The notes under the pieces were generated by a model. The model was not told the origin of the DNA. It did not search any database and saw nothing but the letters and a program-made list of their open reading frames with translations. Positions 43,673 through 53,559 of a DNA stretch of 64,000 nucleotides are shown in pieces; the stretch's first letter is position 1; each line of letters opens with the position of its first letter. This stretch comes from a virus. Lineage: Duplodnaviria > Caudoviricetes. Location: positions 32,001 through 96,000 of the IMG/VR virus record IMGVR_UViG_3300010279_000001. One strand, written 5' to 3'. Made by a program: the position numbers and the translations under genes.

Positions 43673-44169
43673 TTAGTGCGCTCCTTGTAGTAGATATGAT
43701 TTCCGAACTGAGCTGTTCGTTGCATCTTCTTTGCCCACTTCGGTCGTACTTTGGTTGTGTGGTAATGTGTTGCCCCACCTGTTATGTCCATCGCCATGTA
43801 TGCAACATAGTTGTTATTATAGACCTTTAAAAGCATCTTTGCAAGACTTTTAGCGTGATCCCATGAATCTTTTTCTGTCACCTTAAAAGTTTTGCCATAT
43901 GTTGTCCATGAAAACTGATGAGGCTGGTAGACAATCTTCCTCACAGTGTCTGGGTACTTGGGGTGAGACTTCCTGTTAAGTGTGGCAAACCCAGATGCCA
44001 GCATCCCCATCGTTCCGTCCCCTCTGGCCTCTCTATAAATATTACAGGCCAGAATGTTCTCTTTAGTGTCTGAGGGTTTACAGGTATGATATACTTTCTG
44101 TTTTGGTGCTGCAACAACAGGCAGCGATAAAAATGCGCTCAAAATAATAGCAAAGATCTTACTTTTCAC
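43669..44169 (-). CDS. cell wall hydrolase, SleB/Hydrolase_2 family, with signal peptide
   Basis: LA.NIY.EARG, QFSW, T.GATHYH, P.WA, G.HI.Y. Confidence 0.88.
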   Translation of the reverse strand: MKSKIFAIILSAFLSLPVVAAPKQKVYHTCKPSDTKENILACNIYREARGDGTMGMLASGFATLNRKSHPKYPDTVRKIVYQPHQFSWTTYGKTFKVTEKDSWDHAKSLAKMLLKVYNNNYVAYMAMDITGGATHYHTTKVRPKWAKKMQRTAQFGNHIYYKERTK

Positions 44170-44184
44170 AATAACTCCAAATAG

Positions 44185-44206
44185 AAAATCCCCGCCGAAG
44201 CGGGGT
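44185..44206 (-). terminator. intrinsic terminator
   Basis: CCCCGC-TTCG-GCGGGG plus ATTTT. Confidence 0.75.
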
Positions 44207-44218
44207 TGGTCTTAGACA

Positions 44219-44599
44219 TTAGTCGTAGTATGCCAGAATCTCCTCATCGTTGCAAGTTCCCTCTACAAAATTGTGGAGATTCATACACTCATCTTGGTAG
44301 AAGAACTTGCCGCTCTTCAGTCGTAGGCCAAACAGCTCCGCATCTCCACGATGGCAAGCCTCTACAAGTTCGTAGATTTCATACGGCAACTCACCATCGT
44401 CATGGAAGAATCCTGCCTTATCATTGACATAGATGAAGAAGTAATCACTGCTGTCGCAAGCGTCCAGTATTTCAAACCAGATTTCATCCACATCTTTTTC
44501 TCGGATATCGATCACACAGGTAGAGCAGCATTCGTACTCCTTCTCTGGTGCATTGGTCAATACCACTAAGTAGTTTCCACGCTTACCTACTTTAGCCAT
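44219..44599 (-). CDS. acidic hypothetical protein
   Basis: GGAGG RBS. Confidence 0.75.
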   Translation of the reverse strand: MAKVGKRGNYLVVLTNAPEKEYECCSTCVIDIREKDVDEIWFEILDACDSSDYFFIYVNDKAGFFHDDGELPYEIYELVEACHRGDAELFGLRLKSGKFFYQDECMNLHNFVEGTCNDEEILAYYD

Positions 44600-44608
44600 G
44601 CAACCTCC

Positions 44609-45793
44609 TCAAGCTTTAGCCAGAATAGCACTGAACTCTTCGCCAAACTCTTTTACAATCTTCATCAGGTTTGGATATGCTTTGATCAGCTGTGCAACGA
44701 TTTTATCACGTCCCTTACCAACAAGTAATGCATTACCCAGGGCGTTCGGTTTCATCATTGCCATAAAGACAGAGAATACAAAGTCGCGGTTCTCGTCCTT
44801 AAAGTTTTCCCAAAGGAAATCCAGGAAGTTGGCTACACAGCTTACAAGATCTTCGTCAGAGATACTTGCATTTTCCATCATATTACGAATAGCGATGCAA
44901 CCTTCAGACCCAAGAATCCACAGAATATCTGGTTGCTTAGGACCAACATATTCTTTGTGGACACCTGCCATAATCTGACCGATTTCTGGCAAGTTGCGTT
45001 TCTTAGTGTGGTAGGTCCAGATTTCTACTGCTGCAGTGTGACCAATAGCTCCTTGCAGAAGAACACGAGCCATAGAGTCAGAAATAAGGCCACTGTCAAA
45101 ATCATGCAAAATGTCTGATGCAGCAACCCAAGATCGTGGCGTAGCAAACGAAGGGCAGTTAATCTCAGCCATAGCTTCATAGTTATCAATAGCAGACGGA
45201 ACTCTTTTCAGGTATCCAATCACAGACGAGTGCACACCATTAAGGAAGGCATAGTCCTCAATAAACACCTCTGCATTACTGGTAACCTCTACAATGATAA
45301 ATCGGTTAGCCAGTGGTGCTTCAAGGGCTGAAAGCACAGCACCATCTGTAGAACGGTTTCCTGCAGCTACAAAAACGGAAGCTTTAGGGAAAGTATAGGT
45401 GCCACACTTATGATCCAGCATGATCTGCATTGCAACCTTTTGCAGGTAGTTATCTGCATGGGTAAGCTCATCCAAGAAGATAATTCCACTCCAGTTTGGA
45501 TCTGCAGGCCAAAATTCTGGAATTGCGAACACTGTGCGTGTATTACCGTCTGCCTCTACAGGAATAGGCAGCCCAGACAGGTCAGCAGGGTCTTTATCTG
45601 ACAGTCGCACGTCAACCAGGTTGTCATCACGTTTACCAAACATGTTATCAGCGATCTGCTTCATCACTTGGCTCTTTCCAACACCCATCGGTCCCAAAAT
45701 CAAGACAGATCGGTTATGACGTTGAGCAAACTTGATAACGGCTGGCAACTCACGAACAGTGATCTGACCGCCTTCAAATACGTTTCTAGACAT
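44609..45793 (-). CDS. MoxR-like AAA+ ATPase
   Basis: GPMGVGKS, DVRLS, DL.G.P, IFLDEL, AAGNR, L.NRF, TPRSW. Confidence 0.9.
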   Translation of the reverse strand: MSRNVFEGGQITVRELPAVIKFAQRHNRSVLILGPMGVGKSQVMKQIADNMFGKRDDNLVDVRLSDKDPADLSGLPIPVEADGNTRTVFAIPEFWPADPNWSGIIFLDELTHADNYLQKVAMQIMLDHKCGTYTFPKASVFVAAGNRSTDGAVLSALEAPLANRFIIVEVTSNAEVFIEDYAFLNGVHSSVIGYLKRVPSAIDNYEAMAEINCPSFATPRSWVAASDILHDFDSGLISDSMARVLLQGAIGHTAAVEIWTYHTKKRNLPEIGQIMAGVHKEYVGPKQPDILWILGSEGCIAIRNMMENASISDEDLVSCVANFLDFLWENFKDENRDFVFSVFMAMMKPNALGNALLVGKGRDKIVAQLIKAYPNLMKIVKEFGEEFSAILAKA

Positions 45794-46062
45794 TAGTAAA
45801 AGTCCTCTACTTGTGTGTAAGTGTTTTCAAAGTTTTCTAAAACAGACATTACATCAGATCTGTCAATATCATACGCGACTCCCCAGTTATATGCAACCCT
45901 TTCTGCTGTTGCCTCTTCCGGCTCTAGTCGTCTACTGGCATAAAAGAATGTTGGAGTGCACTTTCTTGCTTGCCCTCTAACTTTCCCATAATAATATCTG
46001 TGAATATCTTTGTCAAAATTTAATTCTTTTTCTGCACGAAGTTCATACTGCTGGTATAACAT
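45793..46062 (-). CDS. hypothetical protein
   Basis: AAGGAG RBS. Confidence 0.7.
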   Translation of the reverse strand: MLYQQYELRAEKELNFDKDIHRYYYGKVRGQARKCTPTFFYASRRLEPEEATAERVAYNWGVAYDIDRSDVMSVLENFENTYTQVEDFY

Positions 46063-46107
46063 ATTTACTACTCCTTAAGCAGCATCCTTGCTGCCATCAC
46101 CTGCTCA

Positions 46108-46494
46108 CTAGAATGCAGTCCGAATCCAAACAAGGTTTTTATCTGCCCAATCATAAAGGCAAGTCATTGCACTGTTGAATTGCTCGTATGGGGGATAATC
46201 CTCTTCCATTCGGCGCATAGCAGACCCTTGAGGGAAATGATTCATTGCTGCAAACCACGAATCATAATCATCGACAGTGTCGAAGTAGTATACAACATCC
46301 TCCAATTCAGGATCGAACTTTGAATTATCAGGATCCAGTTGCTCAGGGAACTTGGCGCGTAACTTTCCAGCTACGATACTCGCCAGCTCACTAACATGCT
46401 TGTTATCCCAATCCACCAGTTTCCCGTCTTCAGCGATGCGCCCTAACCACTGTTCATGGAGATCAACTGTTGTTTTCCACTGAGCCATTATCAA
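46108..46494 (-). CDS. hypothetical protein
   Basis: ORF in operon; LYDWAD...VWI C-terminus. Confidence 0.75.
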   Translation of the reverse strand: MIMAQWKTTVDLHEQWLGRIAEDGKLVDWDNKHVSELASIVAGKLRAKFPEQLDPDNSKFDPELEDVVYYFDTVDDYDSWFAAMNHFPQGSAMRRMEEDYPPYEQFNSAMTCLYDWADKNLVWIRTAF

Positions 46495-46748
46495 TTCACC
46501 TCTTCTTCTCGTTGCAGTTCAAGATATCCGTAAGCCTGAACATCTGCAAGAGAGTGGAAATCTCCGTCAGCAGCCAGGGCGCGGACAACGCGGCGCAGAA
46601 CTGCATAAGGAACTTCATCCAGTCCCAAGTTCAGTGCAGGGAAAACCTTATCTGCTTCAACAAAGTGAACAAACTGGAGTTCACCCGGCTCGAAAGGAGT
46701 GTCTTCGATAAACATCTTTTCAGCATTGGTTAAAATCTGCACTTTCAT
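46491..46748 (-). CDS. hypothetical protein
   Basis: GGAGG RBS. Confidence 0.75.
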   Translation of the reverse strand: MKVQILTNAEKMFIEDTPFEPGELQFVHFVEADKVFPALNLGLDEVPYAVLRRVVRALAADGDFHSLADVQAYGYLELQREEEVN

Positions 46749-47101
46749 TATTCTGCCTCCTCTTCTTTTTCTTCGGTATTGGTCTCAATACCCCACTCTG
46801 GAGTTTCCACTTCAATGGTAAACTCACGCACTACACGGTAATTGCCCATGAAGCGTTCCACTTCTTCAAGGCTCATAGCCAAGCCGTTGGTGATCAGGTC
46901 TGCAGCACCTTCTTCTACCAGGTAGTCCAGATTTGCTTCCAGAGCTTCAGGCTCAAACCCTGTCAATGCAATTAGATAACCTTCTCCTTCATCAGGGAGA
47001 ACAATACAGCCCAACTGATTTTCTTTAAAAAGGCAGTGACCGTCACTATTGATCGGTTGTTCATTGCAGTAAATAGCAGCACGATAAGTAACTTTAGACA
47101 T
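46748..47101 (-). CDS. acidic hypothetical protein
   Basis: GGAGG RBS. Confidence 0.75.
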   Translation of the reverse strand: MSKVTYRAAIYCNEQPINSDGHCLFKENQLGCIVLPDEGEGYLIALTGFEPEALEANLDYLVEEGAADLITNGLAMSLEEVERFMGNYRVVREFTIEVETPEWGIETNTEEKEEEAE

Positions 47102-47114
47102 TAGTAAGGCCTCC

Positions 47115-47393
47115 TTAGGCAGTTGTCATTTTACATTCTTGGAATTTTAGCACAAGACGGTGATTGTGTCGAGGGTCTAAAAATATTTTTTCAACCATCA
47201 GACACACAGTGTAACCGTCCATCTTGTTAACAACAAAATCCCCCTGGTGGGGAAGGATGTCTCCTGGGCTGGGAAAACACAATCCGCTCAGAAAGGCATC
47301 GTCGGTGGTGGATTTAATAGATTTCCACACACTGTCTGCCTGAACATGTTCACCGACATAATACACACTACCACAAGCCTTCATCATAGTCAA
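47115..47393 (-). CDS. hypothetical protein
   Basis: GAGGA RBS. Confidence 0.7.
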   Translation of the reverse strand: MTMMKACGSVYYVGEHVQADSVWKSIKSTTDDAFLSGLCFPSPGDILPHQGDFVVNKMDGYTVCLMVEKIFLDPRHNHRLVLKFQECKMTTA

Positions 47394-48289
47394 ATCCTCG
47401 CGTAAATTAAACTGGTGTCAGTATACTTCTTTAAAGGATAGATCTCAGGACCGTAAATGAAGTCATTGAACACTTCATCTACCCATAGGCTACTCTTATA
47501 GCCCATCATCTCTAAGACATCCATCTCTTCTTCAGTAAATCTATCACCACTTTTGCAGGATGTCAACACCTCATTCTGAACTCTTGCCACCTCGAAGCGG
47601 TTATTGGCAATATCACTGTTGGCGATCAAATACTCACCTAAGGGGTGTTCAGCATCAAAGATGCACAGAGGTCGGTTGACATAATAATCTCCAGGTGTAT
47701 AGAAATTATTAATATCTTTTACCAAAACATTCTTATCTTTAACTTCATTTACAACCTCGTGCATGTTGCACATCTTTATGTTCTTGAGGATCCCATCTCC
47801 CATCACAAAATAAAAACTTGCCGAGACACCTTCTGCATAAAGCTTGCTAGACCCGTTGTAGTTGTACCTTACACGAATACTCACCGGAGTTTTGCCTGCC
47901 GAGTTAGCCATCATCCAAAGGAATGGCAGCTCATACTTCTCCTCTGAAGAAACAAAAGGTGAAGTAGCTAGAGATCGGAAACCACCAGAGAAGTTGAAAG
48001 TTACACACCCGCTCCGACGGTAGGACACTGCGTATTCTACTTTTATATCAACATACCCGTTGGAGTAGGTGTGCCCCCCATTATCCAAGTATGTCCACTT
48101 ATCAGATCCTGACACCAATCTACGCTCAATCACCTTCATTACTATAGGAACTAACGGGTTGGTACAAACCGATTTTGGGGTAGCTTTAGCATCCAAAGCT
48201 TCATACATTGCAGAAAGGATATCGCCTGCTGAGAGGCTGGTTGTATGATCATGTTGCCAACGCGTGCTGAAACTGTTAAGATCTGACAT
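47390..48289 (-). CDS. hypothetical protein
   Basis: AGGAG RBS before ATG 48289. Confidence 0.75.
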   Translation of the reverse strand: MSDLNSFSTRWQHDHTTSLSAGDILSAMYEALDAKATPKSVCTNPLVPIVMKVIERRLVSGSDKWTYLDNGGHTYSNGYVDIKVEYAVSYRRSGCVTFNFSGGFRSLATSPFVSSEEKYELPFLWMMANSAGKTPVSIRVRYNYNGSSKLYAEGVSASFYFVMGDGILKNIKMCNMHEVVNEVKDKNVLVKDINNFYTPGDYYVNRPLCIFDAEHPLGEYLIANSDIANNRFEVARVQNEVLTSCKSGDRFTEEEMDVLEMMGYKSSLWVDEVFNDFIYGPEIYPLKKYTDTSLIYARI

Positions 48290-48329
48290 GGTTAAGTGCT
48301 CCTGTGTTCGTTTTCTTTCGAATGGGTGC

Positions 48330-48400
48330 ACTATACATCAAACTTATAGGAGAGTCAATACATTTTTGAGGTTGACATCTGCTGAGGCATTTGATAAGAT
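48330..48400. promoter_or_regulatory. divergent sigma70 promoters
   Basis: - strand TTGACT-17-TATAGT (48330-48358); + strand TTGACA-17-TAAGAT (48372-48400). Confidence 0.75.
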
Positions 48401-48431
48401 TTCTTCATCCACAGAGCACAAGGGACAACTC

Positions 48432-49418
48432 ATGAATCTTGAAAAATATTATACACCAGAAGAGCTGGAGCGCTTGCTCAAAAAATATAGACGCAAACAG
48501 AATAATGCACGAAAACGAGGTATAGTGTTCGACCTGTCATGGGAAGAATACCTCCTGTTTGGTAAAAAACTTTTAGGGGAGGGAGTATGCGACTACACCC
48601 TCATCCCTTTTGACATGCACACAGATGAAAACGGGCTGGGAAATCCCTTCTACCCATCTCTGGAGCGAATAGATGATGAAGGTCCTTACGCAATTGATAA
48701 CTGTTGTGTGGTGGGACTTCGGTGCAACTCTCTTAAAGATTGCCTGGTAGATAAAAAGACCGCAATCTTGATTAAAGACAAAACTGATCGAAAAATTGTC
48801 CAACAAATGATGCTCCACCTAAGTGAAGAGAGGATGGAGGAATTAAAAGATGAGTATACTTTTGAAGATTTCATCTTGCAATACGGGACAGAAGAAGATA
48901 AACTAGCACTATTTGACGAAGAGGAAGAAGATATGTCACCAATGCAGGACTTTAAAAATTTTATGGCTGATCGTGCAGCCAACAAACACATTTCAGACAT
49001 CGTAAACGGGCCTGTGACAGAAGAAATTGAAGAAATGGTGCAACAGGCCAATGAAGAGGAGAAAGAGCCTCAGGAGGTTGAAGAAGAGCTTACAGAGGAG
49101 GTTCCTGCACTACCTGATGATGTTGAGATTGCTAAAGCTTACACCTTCTATTGTCAAACGTTCTACGATGCAGGTATGAAAGTTGATCTGTCATTCAGCC
49201 AATTTAAAAGTGCGTATATTCGCAAATGCTGTGCTTTAACTGGTGAACGTCTCGGGGCCGGACTTAAACCTCTGTTGGTTACCGACTGGAATAAAGGTTT
49301 CACTAAAGGGAACTTCATGGTAGTATCTCCAATTATGGAGAAAGCTATGACAGATCTCATGAAGACCACCCGCATGACGATGACCGAGTTGGCAGGCGTT
49401 TTCAAACACGTTAAATAA
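48432..49418 (+). CDS. T4 Srd-like protein (HNH-like fold), two Srd-like domains
   Basis: A.KRGI.FDLS...C.YT..PF...SLERID...Y..DN..V....N..K recalled from T4 Srd. Confidence 0.6.
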   Translation: MNLEKYYTPEELERLLKKYRRKQNNARKRGIVFDLSWEEYLLFGKKLLGEGVCDYTLIPFDMHTDENGLGNPFYPSLERIDDEGPYAIDNCCVVGLRCNSLKDCLVDKKTAILIKDKTDRKIVQQMMLHLSEERMEELKDEYTFEDFILQYGTEEDKLALFDEEEEDMSPMQDFKNFMADRAANKHISDIVNGPVTEEIEEMVQQANEEEKEPQEVEEELTEEVPALPDDVEIAKAYTFYCQTFYDAGMKVDLSFSQFKSAYIRKCCALTGERLGAGLKPLLVTDWNKGFTKGNFMVVSPIMEKAMTDLMKTTRMTMTELAGVFKHVK

Positions 49419-49451
49419 TGATAGGGGCCATTGGCCCCTTCTGGAGTTTTA

Positions 49452-50912
49452 ATGGATAGCAGAAGTTCAGAAATCATTGCCTCACAAAAAGATGATGCCC
49501 TGAGAATGTTGCAGGCTGCACGTATGTATCTCCTTGAAAAGCTGCCGTTTTATGGCACGTTGTTGTCAGGGCTACAGTTCGTAGAAAACCACACATGGTG
49601 CTCTACCATGGCAACCGATCATAAACGCATCTACTATAGCCCTGAGTTTATTGTAGGGTTTGCTGATGAGCGTAGGGCCATTCTTAAAGCTTCTCTTACC
49701 GACGAGCAGTTTGAGATGGCTGAGGTTTTCTATTCCCCCAAGTCTGTGAAAGAGGTGGCCTTTCTCCTGTCACATGAGGTAGGTCATATTATTGCTGATC
49801 ATCTTGTTAGAGGTAAAAGCTTCGAGCCAGAGTTGTTCAACATCGCTTGTGATCACGTTATCAACACAGGCCTTGTGGTTGATTTCAGCAAGCCACCTTG
49901 CGTTTTCTTCCCGAAAGGTAAAAGCACCACATTTGTAAAAGGAAAGCCTTTTGGCTTCCTGGCTAACTGCTACTGTGATATGAAGTTCCACGGATGGATC
50001 GCAGAGAACGTTTACGCCGTTCTTGATAAGCAAAGAGATCAGAATAGTGGTAAAGGGAAAAATGGAAAAGGTGAGAACCCTCAAGAAGATAAACGACAAA
50101 CTGATGATCACATGAACGGGAACGGTGGCACCAGTGATGATCTTGGGAAGGCTATGGGATATGATCAACCACAACCAGTGATCAGTCAGTCTGATAAAGA
50201 GCAGGCCATGCAGGACTCTGGTGACATGCTGGAAGCAGCAATGCAGGCTTCTGGAGGTCGTTGCCCTGAGGCGGTGCGCGATTTTGTCAAGAACAGAGGC
50301 AAGCCCGTAATCAACTACATAGACATCATTAAGCAACGCATGTTGTCTAAACGAAAAGCTGAGCTGACTTACAGAAAGCCCGGTCGCCGATCAGGGTCTT
50401 TGACCAGCACAATGCGAAAAGTTGGTGCTATAAACAAGCATCAGCACGTTATTGTTCCTGGACGAAACCCGGAAAACACTATAGATATTGTGATTGCTTT
50501 GGACGTTTCTGGCTCAATATCCCAAAGAACTCTGAATAAAATGTTCAATGAAATCACAGGGTTGTGCAATCTGTATAAAGAGTTTAAGGTGACCATGTTC
50601 TGCTGGTCAACAGAGGTTGGTGAAGTCAAGGTATACACCCGTGGCAATATTGATGACATGATCAATTACAAGGTACACTCCACATGGGGAACAACGGCAG
50701 GTTGCGTGTTTGAGTATCTTGATGCTAATATACCTAATGCTAAAGATGTCATCGTTCTGACCGACTTGTACTTTGAGCACGACTTTGAGAAAAAAGCTGT
50801 TGACAACAAGTGGAAAAAGTACGATACTTTGTGGGTTCTCACCGATGGATATAATAAAAATTATGTCCCAAGCTTTGGGAAAACTGTAGAGCTAATCGAG
50901 TATGCTAAGTAA
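49452..50912 (+). CDS. metallopeptidase-like plus VWA domain protein (DUF2201-like)
   Basis: PFYG, TMATD, HEVGH (HExxH), NIACD..IN; VWA MIDAS DVSGS, GTT, LTD. Confidence 0.85.
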   Translation: MDSRSSEIIASQKDDALRMLQAARMYLLEKLPFYGTLLSGLQFVENHTWCSTMATDHKRIYYSPEFIVGFADERRAILKASLTDEQFEMAEVFYSPKSVKEVAFLLSHEVGHIIADHLVRGKSFEPELFNIACDHVINTGLVVDFSKPPCVFFPKGKSTTFVKGKPFGFLANCYCDMKFHGWIAENVYAVLDKQRDQNSGKGKNGKGENPQEDKRQTDDHMNGNGGTSDDLGKAMGYDQPQPVISQSDKEQAMQDSGDMLEAAMQASGGRCPEAVRDFVKNRGKPVINYIDIIKQRMLSKRKAELTYRKPGRRSGSLTSTMRKVGAINKHQHVIVPGRNPENTIDIVIALDVSGSISQRTLNKMFNEITGLCNLYKEFKVTMFCWSTEVGEVKVYTRGNIDDMINYKVHSTWGTTAGCVFEYLDANIPNAKDVIVLTDLYFEHDFEKKAVDNKWKKYDTLWVLTDGYNKNYVPSFGKTVELIEYAK

Positions 50913-50923
50913 GAGAGGACTTT

Positions 50924-51181
50924 ATGGCAACAGAGGTAGTAATTAAGACTGAACGCCCAGTTAAAAAGGCCATCAACACGTTCCCTGTAGGAACTGTTGT
51001 GGGCATGATTACAGAGTCAGGCCGTGTAGCCACTTTGTTAATTGTGAAATCTGCATATTCTTCTTGTGTATGGGCTTACGATCTGGACGAGAAAGAACTG
51101 AGAGATTTTGTTGGAGAGCTGAAAGTAACCGAGCTAGATGCTCGTATCGAAGTATTTGGTGAAACTATGGAGGAAGAGTAA
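50924..51181 (+). CDS. hypothetical protein, tandem paralogue 1
   Basis: GAGGA RBS; I..F..G..V and terminal beta strand shared with the next two ORFs. Confidence 0.75.
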   Translation: MATEVVIKTERPVKKAINTFPVGTVVGMITESGRVATLLIVKSAYSSCVWAYDLDEKELRDFVGELKVTELDARIEVFGETMEEE

Positions 51182-51444
51182 TGACCACGAAAATCACTAT
51201 CGCAGAACCGAAAGCTAACACCCAACCTATTGAAAAATTCAAGGGTGGTGAAATTGTAACATTTACACCTGACAACGAAGACACCAAAATCTTCGCTATG
51301 GTTACCTCCGAGTGGATGTGTGACAATACCACACAGGTGCTGCGTTTCGACACCTACCTTACGGATGAGATCCGCAACGATAAGATTGTAACAGGTGTGG
51401 ACACAGAAATCGTCTTATACAAAAGCTTCCTGGAGGGCTTCTGA
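51181..51444 (+). CDS. hypothetical protein, tandem paralogue 2
   Basis: IEKFKGGEIV. Confidence 0.75.
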   Translation: MTTKITIAEPKANTQPIEKFKGGEIVTFTPDNEDTKIFAMVTSEWMCDNTTQVLRFDTYLTDEIRNDKIVTGVDTEIVLYKSFLEGF

Positions 51445-51445
51445 T

Positions 51446-51679
51446 ATGGCAAGCATTAGAAAAGTAGCCAACAAACGAATTGTAAAAGATTTTGAAGCCG
51501 GAGAAATTTTGTATGTTCGTGATGCAGATGATGAAGGTGAAGATCTTGTCATGCTGGTGGGTCACGCTGAAGACGGATGTATCCAGGCGGTTTTCCTTGA
51601 AACAGCCATGGTGCACTGGATAGAGCTGGATCTGAAAGCACGCAAACCGAAAGCAGAAATCCTTGTTTACGAAGATTAA
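51446..51679 (+). CDS. hypothetical protein, tandem paralogue 3
   Basis: GGAGG RBS; VKDFEAGEIL. Confidence 0.75.
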   Translation: MASIRKVANKRIVKDFEAGEILYVRDADDEGEDLVMLVGHAEDGCIQAVFLETAMVHWIELDLKARKPKAEILVYED

Positions 51680-51696
51680 CAGAAGAGGGCTGACCC

Positions 51697-52143
51697 ATGT
51701 TGAGTAAACGTGAATGCGATAGCGTTAACCTGAATTCCTGGAAGAAACAGTGGTTTGGGGTAGAGGTTTGCCGACTACGGCTCGGCTCCTACCTGAACTT
51801 CGTTTATTACGAGAGTGACAGTCGTATCGTTTCTTATGAAGTGTTTTATACCAAGAATACCTTCGAGCTGCGCCGTAAAGTAGATGGTGACAGAACTGTC
51901 CAGAATAACTGGGAAACTATTCTACCAACAGATGTTATAGGAAGCCCATTGAATGTATCTGAAGATGAAAATCTTATGGTTCATGCTATGATGGGACTTG
52001 ACAGCTTGGAGCTGGCGATCTATGATATGTCCATCGAAGCAGTTAAACTGGACTACATCGAGAACACTCTCGAAGAAGGTATTAAGAAGTTTCTTGGTGA
52101 GAAATTGAAAGCCCATTTTCATAAGGAGCTATGCCTGTTATGA
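51697..52143 (+). CDS. hypothetical protein
   Basis: GAGGG RBS. Confidence 0.75.
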   Translation: MLSKRECDSVNLNSWKKQWFGVEVCRLRLGSYLNFVYYESDSRIVSYEVFYTKNTFELRRKVDGDRTVQNNWETILPTDVIGSPLNVSEDENLMVHAMMGLDSLELAIYDMSIEAVKLDYIENTLEEGIKKFLGEKLKAHFHKELCLL

Positions 52144-52385
52144 AAACCCGTAAAGAACGCAACAAGATTTTACCTGGCGCTCTAGAGCACATGATGAAGT
52201 GCAGATCTATCTGGCACTCTGCCAAGGAGGGGCAGCATGTAGTTGTGGTTAGTGATAATACCAACCCGTTCGGTGATTATGTCACCATGATGACTCCATA
52301 CATCCGTGATGGTGTTGTGGAAGTGGTCCCTTATGAGGGTCTGCATGAGCGTCATTTTGAAAGCGCTTTGTTAGTGGAGTTATAA
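52140..52385 (+). CDS. hypothetical protein
   Basis: AAGGAG RBS; overlaps the upstream stop. Confidence 0.7.
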   Translation: MKTRKERNKILPGALEHMMKCRSIWHSAKEGQHVVVVSDNTNPFGDYVTMMTPYIRDGVVEVVPYEGLHERHFESALLVEL

Positions 52386-52387
52386 TC

Positions 52388-52954
52388 ATGGCGGTCAATG
52401 TAGCTTACAACACAGGAAAGCTTGAAAGGGATATCGGGTGTCTTGTCCTTTCCGATACAGAAGAGTACTGGGGTTATGGGTTGCTGTCAGACCCACACCC
52501 CAGCAATCTTGTATCAACAGTGCTCTATCGCTACGACCCTGTTCCAACAGTTCATGACAGAGATATTCACGACCTCCGGATCAAGTGCCTGGAAGATCTG
52601 CTGAACAGTGGCTGCAACGATCTACAGGTGGCTAAGAAGAAGCTTACGACCATCCACAAAAAGGAGGTGATGAGTACCCTAAGCAAAAGAGCAGTGCACA
52701 AAAAGATGATGCTGAACTTTGCGATGGGTATCTACATGAACGGGTATAAGGGCGGGGACCCGATTCTCAAGCTTCGCTGCCCAACACTGTGGGAAAGAGT
52801 GGTTGACAGCAAGGACGGCACTGCCCTGCTTGAGCTCCACACCGCAGGTTGGATATGGCGGTATGTTGATGGATACCCTCTGTGGGCGTGTGGACCCGGA
52901 GAGTTTGTTGACAGACCTAGTGCAGTAGTGGATCTGCTGCTGCAGTTTGAGTAA
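52388..52954 (+). CDS. hypothetical protein
   Basis: GGAG RBS. Confidence 0.75.
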   Translation: MAVNVAYNTGKLERDIGCLVLSDTEEYWGYGLLSDPHPSNLVSTVLYRYDPVPTVHDRDIHDLRIKCLEDLLNSGCNDLQVAKKKLTTIHKKEVMSTLSKRAVHKKMMLNFAMGIYMNGYKGGDPILKLRCPTLWERVVDSKDGTALLELHTAGWIWRYVDGYPLWACGPGEFVDRPSAVVDLLLQFE

Positions 52955-52968
52955 AGGAGGACACAAAT

Positions 52969-53427
52969 ATGAGTTTCCCAGAGGTAAAGTACCCACACAG
53001 TAAATATACCATTCATTCTGACGAAGTTACCAGCAGGATTGCCTGGCTTCTGAAGCCTGACGGGACAAAAGTAAAGTTTACTTATCCTATGAAAGGTATA
53101 TACTTTAAAATCTTAGGTCTGTGGGCCAGGTACTTAAAAACATGTAAAGAAAGTTGCGGCAGGGTAAAGCCTTGCAAGGTAACCGTAAACGGTATAGCCT
53201 CGCTGTTAGGGATGGATCGTAAGACAGTAAGGGAAGCTATACACATTCTTGAAGAGGTTGGAGTGATATCTTTTCTGGAATCAGAGGAGGCAGGGTCTCC
53301 TACGGGAAGGACGTTGCTTAAAATTGCACCTCTGCACACAGTAGAGGATGGCTCAAATGTTATACATTCTATCTGGTGGTATGGTTTAGATAACAACGGA
53401 AAAACTTTCAGTGAATGGCGGGTTTAG
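52969..53427 (+). CDS. winged-HTH DNA-binding protein, replication-initiator-like
   Basis: TVNGIASLLGMDRKTVREAIHILEEVGVI; AAGGAGG RBS. Confidence 0.75.
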   Translation: MSFPEVKYPHSKYTIHSDEVTSRIAWLLKPDGTKVKFTYPMKGIYFKILGLWARYLKTCKESCGRVKPCKVTVNGIASLLGMDRKTVREAIHILEEVGVISFLESEEAGSPTGRTLLKIAPLHTVEDGSNVIHSIWWYGLDNNGKTFSEWRV

Positions 53428-53446
53428 TAGGAAATTACGAGTAAAA

Positions 53447-53550
53447 CCCGGGGAATTTTCCCCACCCTTGACCTGGGGAATTTTCATCAGTTAACCGGGG
53501 ATTTTTCCTCACTTACCTGGGGAATTTTCCCCTAATATAATATATAATAT
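53447..53550. repeat. four iteron-like GGGGAWTTTTC repeats followed by an AT-only stretch
   Basis: GGGG runs at 53450, 53475, 53497 and 53519 (spacing 25, 22, 22); then TAATATAATATATAATAT. Confidence 0.8.
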
Positions 53551-53559
53551 AGGAGTAAT

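Noticed and set aside
53427-53550. Frameshift or read-through extending the wHTH protein through the repeats, as in lambda O
   Set aside because: Tandem TAG TAG stops end the gene, and the two frames checked close again within the repeats.
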